From: Paramicrosporidium saccamoebae KSL3
Lineage: Eukaryota > Fungi > Cryptomycota
Length of the DNA stretch: 5,320 nucleotides
Assembly: GCA_002794465.1 (NCBI GenBank)
Contig: MTSL01000187.1
Coordinates: 34,734-40,053, forward strand
Direction: 5' to 3'
The notes beneath the pieces were generated by a model. The model saw only the letters and a list, made by a program, of their open reading frames with translations, did not search any database and was not told where the DNA came from. Shown in pieces: positions 1-5,320 of the stretch. Position 1 is the stretch's first letter, and every line of letters starts with the position of its first letter. Made by a program: the position numbers and the translations under genes.

Positions 1-125
1 AATACCCAACTAATCAATCCTCTGCCTCTACGTCACATTGCAACATTGTAATTAGTTAACTCATTACGACTCTAGGCTGGGCTTTAGGGTCCTCGCATTC
101 GCCTTACTTACAACCTCACAATCAT
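1..125 (-). CDS. Possible 5' end of an unidentified intron-containing gene running off the window (exons 125..112, 76..68, 27..1)
   Basis: ATG ATT GTG AGG TT|GTAAGT..CTAAA..CCCAG|C CTA GAG TC|GTAATG..CTAAT..CGTAG|A GGC AGA.. translates as MIVRFLESGRGLISWV, with introns of 35 and 40 nt. No family recognised. A plus-strand gene end (NTQLINPLPLRHIATL*, 1..51) is an alternative. Confidence 0.3.
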
Positions 126-136
126 CCCCAGTTTGT

Positions 137-814
137 TCAAAATCTCCCAGCTCTTTCTTGGGACTCATCTTCCAGACAATAGGCCGGTTTGAATTTTTCG
201 CCATTTTTTAACGATGGATTGGGGATCGTTCGATCTCTGTCACCAATGGAGGTCCATCCCAGGTCGTAAAGACAACAATAGGGGACATTCCTTGCTTTAA
301 GATAATCCCAAATGTCCGAGTAACGCCAATCCAGGATGGGATGAACGCGGACGAACAAAGGCCACCCGTTATCAGTTGGATCAAAGTCATGCAAATCCTT
401 GCAATACGGATCCGACCTCCTGACCCCAACAAAAATTGCTTTAACCTGGGGATTCAGCTTTAGAAATTGCGCAAATGCCGTCTTCATATCTCCTTGGAAT
501 TTTTCAAGTTGGACTGGGTACCTACAACACATGACGGGCAAAGTGAATTACTTTTTTTCGCAATCAGAAATAAACCCTTCTAGTTCTGGGAATGGCCTAT
601 CTCCCGCGACATAGCATACTGGCCAGGTCTTTGTTGGACAAGTAGTACAGACGAGGTCCAACATGACTGTGCAATCCTTTCCCCCATTAAAGCTCAGGGC
701 CACGCCCTCTTCCCCGCTACATCTCAGATACATTAGTGTGTGGACATACAATTGCTCAATTGCCCTTTTGATGCACTCCTCCGCATCCTTAATGCGAGAC
801 TGAAGTTGATCCAT
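137..814 (-). CDS. FAD1: FAD synthetase (FMN adenylyltransferase, PAPS-reductase-like domain only), 3 exons: 814..750, 716..552, 521..137; 204 aa
   Basis: Two track ORFs (548..886 and 137..541) join through GT-AG introns into MDQLQSRIKDAEECIKRAIEQFGEEGVALSFNGGKDCTV...CEKKYPVQLEKF...AGRF*. Family motifs: PP-loop LSFNGGKDC, IFVGVRRSDP, PTDNGWPLFVRVHPILDW, PYCCLYDLGWTSIG, PNPSL, ERAGR. Exons of 65+165+385 nt give 615 nt, or 205 codons. The start at ATG 814 is inferred. Confidence 0.9.
522..551 (-). other. Spliceosomal intron 2 of FAD1 (30 nt)
   Basis: GTAATTCACTTTGCCCGTCATGTGTTGTAG contains the in-frame TAA that ends ORF 548..886. Removal fuses EK-K-YPVQLEKF in frame. No consensus CTRAY branch motif. 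Confidence 0.85.
717..749 (-). other. Spliceosomal intron 1 of FAD1 (33 nt, in-frame, no stop)
   Basis: GTATGTCCACACACTAATGTATCTGAGATGTAG has a GTATGT donor, CTAAT branch motif and TAG acceptor. Removal gives EQ-F-GEEG just before the PP-loop strand. Confidence 0.8.
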
Positions 815-851
815 AGTGGACGCAGGGGTGGTACCGGACGGCCATAGCAGG
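815..851. promoter_or_regulatory. 37-bp head-to-head spacer between FAD1 and TAF5 (putative bidirectional promoter or 5' leaders)
   Basis: Lies between FAD1 ATG (814, minus) and TAF5 ATG (852, plus). 25 of 37 bases are G+C, with no TATA motif. Function inferred from position only. Confidence 0.45.
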
Positions 852-2834
852 ATGACAGGTGACAAGGATGAGACTAATTCGGTCATTCTGAATTATTTAA
901 AGCGGATGGGATATCGCCAGACCGAGCGAATTTTCAAAGAAGAGGCTCATGTTGCAGGCATGGAGACGTTGGCCTTTGAATTGCGCAATGAGCAAGACTC
1001 TAATATTGCCAACTATCTACTGTTCTCTGGTGGTAGTGTTGACCTTAATGCTTACGATGGTACGTATGAACTGCTAAGAAAGTGGGTCTATGAGTCCCTT
1101 GATGCTTTTCGTGACGAGCTGATACCAATTTTGTATCCAATTCTCGTTCATTGCTATTTGGACATGGTAGCCAAAGGGGCTACTGGAGAGGCACGCACTT
1201 TTCTTGAGAAGCACAAGGGAGAACACCTGGCTGAACGCGAAGACGAGATCACTCGACTTTCCGCCCTTTCCGAGGCAGTTCAGATCAAAGAGAACCCACT
1301 GGCGCTGGCATTTCGCGGCAGCAAATACAACCTGGTAATGTCAGCCTATTCATTCCAGTTGCTTATGAGCTATCTCCAGGACGGCTCGTCTGCCACAAGC
1401 GGAAATGTTCTCATCCTCAAGATTATTAACCAGTACATTAATATTCGCGTACTCGTCTCTCGACCCACTTCTGGCGGCATTGCTAGTTCTGTTGGTCTCA
1501 CTGGAGCCACTGCAGAGGCAGTCTCAAATATGAACAAAAACAAGGTGTATTGGGGCGTAAATGCCGTGGATCCTGCTGTAGAAAGTGCTCTTCAGCAGAG
1601 GGCAAAGTCGGAAAATCGGCTCAATGAAATTTTGCAAGGACCTCTGGCGCAGCTAAAGAGGGCATACACTCAGACATCGCTCAATGCGCCTCCTGCGGAT
1701 CAAATCCCAAAGCCAGCGCCCAATGCAGCCGAGACGAACGCAGAGATCGACCGTCTGAGACATTTAGCCAAGAAGGCGTCTTTATCCAGCACATTTTTAC
1801 CGTCAATCTGCTTCTACACCCTCCACAATTCCTATGATGGAGTCACCAGTGTTGACTTTTCTCCCGTTTCCACCATGCTGGCTACGGGCAACCGCGATTC
1901 TTATATTGACATTTGGAGTCTAAACCATGAGCCTTTAAGAGCCATCAGGCCAAGCACCGAACTTGCAGCTATGGATCTTACAGACTTTGATTCACTAGAG
2001 CCGATGCGTGAATTTGATGGAAGCATGTCGAAGAGAATGATTGGACACTCTGGGCCGGTTTATTCTTGTAAATTTATGCATCCTGATGGCCAGCGCTTTC
2101 TTGTCTCTGTGTCACAGGACGCCACTGCCCGACTATGGAGTTTAGATACATTTTCGTGTGTTTTGGTATTCCGTGGCCACAACTGCCCTATTTGGGACAT
2201 TGATGTTGCTCCGTTGGGCGCAAGTCCCTACTTTGTGACCGCCTCGGCAGACAGGACAGCGCGTCTATGGTCCACTGAGCATGTGCAGGCGCTTCGGGTG
2301 TTTGCAGGACATTTGTCAGATGTCAACGTAGTCCGTTTTCACCCGAATGGAAATTACATTGTCACGGGATCTGCAGATAAGACTTGCCGTCTGTGGGACA
2401 TTCAAAGCGGGAATTGTGCTCGTCTCCTTGCTGGACACTCGAGATCTGTTTCTTGTCTGGCTATTTCACCCGATGGGAGGTTCCTTGCCTCGGGAGATCG
2501 GGGTGGCCAAATACGTCTTTGGGACCTGGCTGAAGGCCGTCTTATTAAGACGATGCAAGCGAAACCGTCTCTCATCAAGCAACGCACTCCCTCTCTTTAC
2601 ACTATCGAATTTGATCGTGATGGCCGAATTCTGGCTGCGAGTGGAGCTAATCAGCTGGTCCAATTGTGGGATGTTGCTAAACTACTGTCAACTCCGTCAA
2701 CTGCCGCCAGTAATATTGACGACATTGGCCTGTTAGCCACTTATCCCACCAAAAACACTCCGATCAGTCGGCTTCATTTTACTTATAGGAACGTGCTCTT
2801 GGCCTCTGGTCCATTTTGTCCCGATGACCAGTGA
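852..2834 (+). CDS. TAF5: Transcription initiation factor TFIID subunit 5 (LisH-like motif, NTD2 domain, WD40 propeller), 660 aa
   Basis: N-terminal VILNYLKRMGYRQTE; NTD2-like YELLRKWVYESLDAFRDELIPILYPILVHCYLDMV; PSICFYTLHN lead-in; WD repeats GHSGPVY, GHNCPIWD, AGHLSDV..RFHPNGNYIVTGSADKTCRLWD, GHSRSV..ISPDGRFLASG; C-terminal YPTKNTPI..LHFTYRNVLLASG. The track start at 816 is a GTG, and the first in-frame ATG is at 852. Confidence 0.95.
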   Translation: MTGDKDETNSVILNYLKRMGYRQTERIFKEEAHVAGMETLAFELRNEQDSNIANYLLFSGGSVDLNAYDGTYELLRKWVYESLDAFRDELIPILYPILVHCYLDMVAKGATGEARTFLEKHKGEHLAEREDEITRLSALSEAVQIKENPLALAFRGSKYNLVMSAYSFQLLMSYLQDGSSATSGNVLILKIINQYINIRVLVSRPTSGGIASSVGLTGATAEAVSNMNKNKVYWGVNAVDPAVESALQQRAKSENRLNEILQGPLAQLKRAYTQTSLNAPPADQIPKPAPNAAETNAEIDRLRHLAKKASLSSTFLPSICFYTLHNSYDGVTSVDFSPVSTMLATGNRDSYIDIWSLNHEPLRAIRPSTELAAMDLTDFDSLEPMREFDGSMSKRMIGHSGPVYSCKFMHPDGQRFLVSVSQDATARLWSLDTFSCVLVFRGHNCPIWDIDVAPLGASPYFVTASADRTARLWSTEHVQALRVFAGHLSDVNVVRFHPNGNYIVTGSADKTCRLWDIQSGNCARLLAGHSRSVSCLAISPDGRFLASGDRGGQIRLWDLAEGRLIKTMQAKPSLIKQRTPSLYTIEFDRDGRILAASGANQLVQLWDVAKLLSTPSTAASNIDDIGLLATYPTKNTPISRLHFTYRNVLLASGPFCPDDQ

Positions 2835-2896
2835 ATCTGCGCTTTGCGAGGTTGAGATGAAGATTATTGGAAGGCCTGGTCCGTTACACGCGCTGT

Positions 2897-2902
2897 AATA
2901 AA
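2897..2902 (+). terminator. Candidate polyadenylation signal for TAF5
   Basis: AATAAA 62 nt after the TAF5 stop, inside the 88-bp convergent spacer 2835..2922. Confidence 0.4.
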
Positions 2903-2922
2903 CTCACTTTATAAATGCTTAG

Positions 2923-3198
2923 CTACATGTGCCACATTACTATTCCCACTGGTGTGAGTAGTCCCAGTGCGGTCACTGTCAGCAATTTCAGTCCAAAGGT
3001 GAACTTGTTGCTAAAGTTGAATGGTACAGTCTACAAAGTTTCAGCACTTTGTGCATTTGGGTTTACATCTTCCGGCTTATTGACCTCAAAGGTGAGATAG
3101 TCCGGGCCGCCATGTTCAGTAGAACTGAAACGGATAGCCGCCAGGTTTGCGCCTTTGCGAATGGCAGCGGAGCGGCGGAGTAGGCCTGTATTCAGCAT
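2923..3198 (-). CDS. COX7C: Cytochrome c oxidase subunit VIIc-like precursor (yeast Cox8 / human COX7C family), 2 exons: 3198..3067, 3030..2923; 79 aa
   Basis: Hand translation: MLNTGLLRRSAAIRKGANLAAIRFSSTEHGGPDYLTFEVNKPED|TVPFNFSNKFTFGLKLLTVTALGLLTPVGIVMWHM*. The first 27 residues have 4 Arg, 1 Lys and no acidic residue, like a mitochondrial presequence. The C-terminal PF-x-x-x-NK, hydrophobic helix and P-x-x-IV pattern recalls COX7C (NLPFSVENKW...PF.IVRHQL). Family assignment is by recognition, not a search. Confidence 0.75.
3031..3066 (-). other. Spliceosomal intron of the COX VIIc-like gene (36 nt, phase 0)
   Basis: GTAAACCCAAATGCACAAAGTGCTGAAACTTTGTAG. The acceptor TAG is itself an in-frame stop, so splicing is needed to reach the transmembrane exon. 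Branch motif is weak (CTGAA), so the acceptor is firmer than the donor. Confidence 0.7.
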
Positions 3199-3222
3199 TT
3201 ATGTTAAATAAATTGTGTTTTT

Positions 3223-4850
3223 TCACCGAAGTGACTCTAGTAGGGCTGCATTGACGTCTCCTCCTTCTATAAAACGGTGTTTGACCAGATCAATAATTTG
3301 CTCAACTTGTGCTCCTGTCCTAGAAATGTCCAAATGCTCCATCAATGGTAGATCAAAACGGATTCCAACATTGGAAAGCTCATCCTGGATATATTTCGCC
3401 TGTTCCAAAGGGGAAAGAGGTCCAACGAATACTTGAAGATCCAATCTCCCAAGACGTCTCAGAGATGGATGGACGCTTTCTATCAAATTTGTAGCCGCAA
3501 TAGTCACAACCAGGGCATTTAGGCCGTCAAGCTCCTCAACAAGTTGCATGGCAATCTTTTCGGATACTGAGCCCGATTCGCCTGCTGCAACTAGAGAGTC
3601 GATTTCATCAAAGAATATCAGCGAGGGCTGTAGTCTGATAGCTTCTTGGAACACCCTGCGCAACGCCTTTTCAGATTCCCCAATTGGAGCGTGGAGAATA
3701 GTTGGAATCGAGACGGGAATGAAATGAATGTTTGAAGAATTGGCCGCCGCTCTGGCCAAGAGTGTTTTGCCCGTCCCCGGCGGTCCATACAGAATGACAC
3801 CTTTAGGAGGAGTCAGCCCCCGTTGACGGTATTTTTCACGGGTCTCGACAGATGTCAGAAAGGTTGAAGCCCGAATCAGAGTCGTTTTGGCCTCCTCTTG
3901 GCCAATGATCTGATCCCAAGTTACAGACTCGACCGAGTTTTGTACAGCGCCCAGAGATTTCTTAATTGCGACAACTTCTTCCTTTAAATCGTCCATTGAA
4001 TCAAGATATTCACTGGCTCGATACAAGTCGCAGACATTGAAGCCGCCAGAATGCTTTACAGCATAATCAAGTGCCTTTTCCGTAAAATCATTGAATGGTA
4101 ACACATTAGACTCGGATATAGTTTTCATTGAATTCTCAAGCTGCTTTTGAGTAGAATCTAACAAACCGTTCGCAGAGTCATCGAACGTGTTCCTCATTAA
4201 ATCCTCAGGCTGCTGTTGGGTAGAATCTAGCCCACTTTTCGCAGGGTCGTCAGACTGCCTTACAATAGCATTAGTCTTTGAAAAAACATCCAATATTTCT
4301 CTCCTCTGTTTTTGATTCAATTCGATAGGCATGGAGAGCTTATAGTCTAGGCCTCTCCATAATGGATGCAAGCGTTCTTCAGAGCTCGTAGCAATGACCA
4401 CCAGCTTGGATCGGTTGTATAACCAAGATGATATTAGAAATACAAGCGCGCTGTCATCGCAGTTTTCAGGGACCAGTTCATTACAGCGTTCTATCAAAAG
4501 TACAGTGGGATCCATCATTGTGGACGCCTTTATGAAACGCTCTTGAACAAGACTAAAAATAGTCTGGTCTCCGCCAGCCATGAATATCACTGCAGGCTCA
4601 ACCACTTCTAGTAAAATGTTGTGTCTCCTGCAGAGCTGTTCCACTACCAGGCGCTTTCCTAACATCAGTGCATATTTCCAAGCATACCGGAGCCACTGCC
4701 TCCTCGCAAGAGCACTGAAGATACGGCCAATCGTACATTACTAGCGTGAGTCTTTAGCAGATAGTCAAGTCTATAGTGGCTCAGTTACGCTATCTAGTGA
4801 TGATACTGTTCAGAGACTGAACCAAAACAGGAAGGAGACATACGCACCAT
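3223..4850 (-). CDS. CDC48/AFG2-family type II AAA+ ATPase with degenerate D1 and no N-domain; proposed exons 4850..4807, 4770..4688, 4658..3223; 520 aa
   Basis: D2: VTWDQIIGQEEAK, PPKGVILYGPPGTGKT, GESEKALRRVF, LIFFDEID, IAATN, LRRLGRLD. Splicing out 4659..4687 restores a D1 P-loop, VLLRGGSGSGK. A second intron (4771..4806) links it to MVRMSPSCFGSVSEQLDYLLK from ATG 4850. The family call is secure, but the exact 5' end and orthologue (AFG2B-, NVL- or PEX1-like) are not. Confidence 0.8.
4114..4251 (-). repeat. Two-copy 69-nt (23-aa) tandem repeat inside the ATPase CDS
   Basis: Copies 4183..4251 and 4114..4182 match at 50 of 69 nt without gaps. Peptides DDPAKSGLDSTQQQPEDLMRNTF and DDSANGLLDSTQKQLENSMKTIS. 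Confidence 0.9.
4659..4687 (-). other. Spliceosomal intron in the ATPase D1 Walker A codons (29 nt, phase 1)
   Basis: GTATGCTTGGAAATATGCACTGATGTTAG has a GTATGC donor, CTGAT branch motif and TAG acceptor. Removal gives GGC TCC G|GA AAG (GSGK). The track ATG at 4665 lies inside this intron. Confidence 0.85.
4771..4806 (-). other. Probable first intron of the ATPase gene (36 nt, phase 2)
   Basis: GTATCATCACTAGATAGCGTAACTGAGCCACTATAG removes two in-frame stops and joins GAA CA|A CTT GAC. An alternative pair of introns (4806..4843 and 4752..4788) also gives an open frame. Confidence 0.55.
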
Positions 4851-4868
4851 GATTTAAAATTATTTCTT

Positions 4869-4949
4869 TTGTTCGTGGTAATAACGGCCCTTTATTAAGG
4901 GAGCTTTGATCAATGAATGTACTTGTTCGTAGTCATAAGCCCCCTTTAT
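4869..4949. repeat. Two-copy 27-nt direct repeat with 54-nt period, each copy overlapping a small hairpin
   Basis: 4869..4895 TTGTTCGTGGTAATAACGGCCCTTTAT and 4923..4949 TTGTTCGTAGTCATAAGCCCCCTTTAT match at 22 of 27 nt. Hairpins are CCCT-TTATTA-AGGG (4888..4901) and GCCCC-CTTTATC-GGGGC (4939..4955). Confidence 0.75.
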
Positions 4950-4959
4950 CGGGGCATTT

Positions 4960-5038
4960 CTAATTCATAAATATAATGTTAAACAGCATCCACTTACTAC
5001 TATTGGCGAGTCCGACCCAGATCAGATAGCGGACTCAC
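4960..5038 (-). other. Two adjacent intron-like elements (5000..5038, 39 nt; 4960..4997, 38 nt) separated by 2 nt
   Basis: GTGAGT...CTGAT...AATAG, then TA, then GTAAGT...TTAAC...ATTAG. Donor, branch and acceptor motifs and lengths fit the other introns, but the host transcript is unidentified. Confidence 0.4.
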
Positions 5039-5320
5039 AGTCCAGTTTGGTTATATTAAGCATGGCCACCGATAAAGAAGCCATATACTTCAATAAGAGT
5101 AGGTCTGTCGCGTAGTGGGGATAAATAGTATGGACTGTCAGGCGGGAAGAGACGAGATGGGATGAGAAGAGAATTTATTCAGTCAATCCAACGACCCCTT
5201 TATAGTCTCACAAATACCATAATCCTCAAATGATAAAGATCTCATTATCCTTCATCGATTGTCCTGACTATCCCTTCTCCATACTAGGGAACTATTTCCA
5301 AAAGCCATGCTAATCAGTTT

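Noticed and set aside
208-614. Track ORFs 208..432 (minus) and 399..614 (plus)
   Set aside because: Off-frame or antisense shadows of FAD1 with no recognisable motifs.
816-851. 12-aa N-terminal extension of TAF5 from the track start at 816
   Set aside because: It begins at a GTG one base from the FAD1 ATG. Eukaryotic initiation at ATG 852, just before the conserved LisH-like motif, is more likely.
2347-2736. Track ORFs 2347..2736 (plus), 2402..2587 and 2466..2663 (minus)
   Set aside because: Entirely within the conserved TAF5 WD40 region in other frames, with no independent coding signal.
2915-3100. Plus-strand 61-aa ORF MLSYMCHIT...
   Set aside because: Antisense to the COX VIIc-like gene, which explains the region better.
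3215-3800. Track ORFs 3215..3436 (plus) and 3618..3800 (minus)
   Set aside because: Antisense or off-frame overlaps of the ATPase D2 domain.
4663-4665. ATG used by the track as the ATPase start
   Set aside because: It lies inside a 29-nt intron whose removal restores the D1 P-loop.
4960-5038. Stwintron or recursive-splicing reading of the adjacent intron-like elements
   Set aside because: Removing either element does not rebuild a GT donor or AG acceptor for the other.
5041-5100. U6-like stretch ATTAAGCATGGCC on the plus strand
   Set aside because: No ACAGAGA box, no internal stem-loop and an extra base, so it is not a U6 gene.
5247-5320. U4 snRNA-like spacing of ATCCTT and TGCTAATC
   Set aside because: The stem II complement to U6 and the kink-turn 5' stem-loop are absent.
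1-5320. Prokaryotic operon, CRISPR array, transposon, tRNA or rRNA gene
   Set aside because: Genes are eukaryotic with spliceosomal introns. I saw no repeat-spacer array, terminal inverted repeats, transposase motifs, cloverleaf or extended rRNA similarity.

Overview
Eukaryotic DNA from a very compact, fungal-type genome with tiny GT-AG introns (29-36 nt for the five well-supported ones). Four genes are supported. (1) FAD synthetase FAD1 (minus, 137..814, two introns, 204 aa). (2) TFIID subunit TAF5 (plus, 852..2834, no intron needed, 660 aa), head-to-head with FAD1 with 37 bp between start codons. (3) A small intron-split mitochondrial protein missed by the ORF track, best matching cytochrome c oxidase subunit VIIc (yeast Cox8/human COX7C; minus, 2923..3198, 79 aa). 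(4) A CDC48/AFG2-type double-AAA ATPase (minus, about 3223..4850, two 5' introns, 520 aa) with a degenerate D1, an intact-looking D2, no N-domain and a 23-aa tandem duplication. Both window ends (1..136 and 4851..5320) are unresolved and carry splice-like signals, a tandem hairpin repeat and short antisense matches to conserved structural RNAs. Strong compaction plus a respiratory-chain subunit suggests a mitochondrion-bearing early-diverging fungus or rozellid (Paramicrosporidium/Mitosporidium-like), which is inference only. All gene models were built by hand without database searches. I found no mobile element, CRISPR array, tRNA or rRNA gene, and no clearly new multi-gene system.
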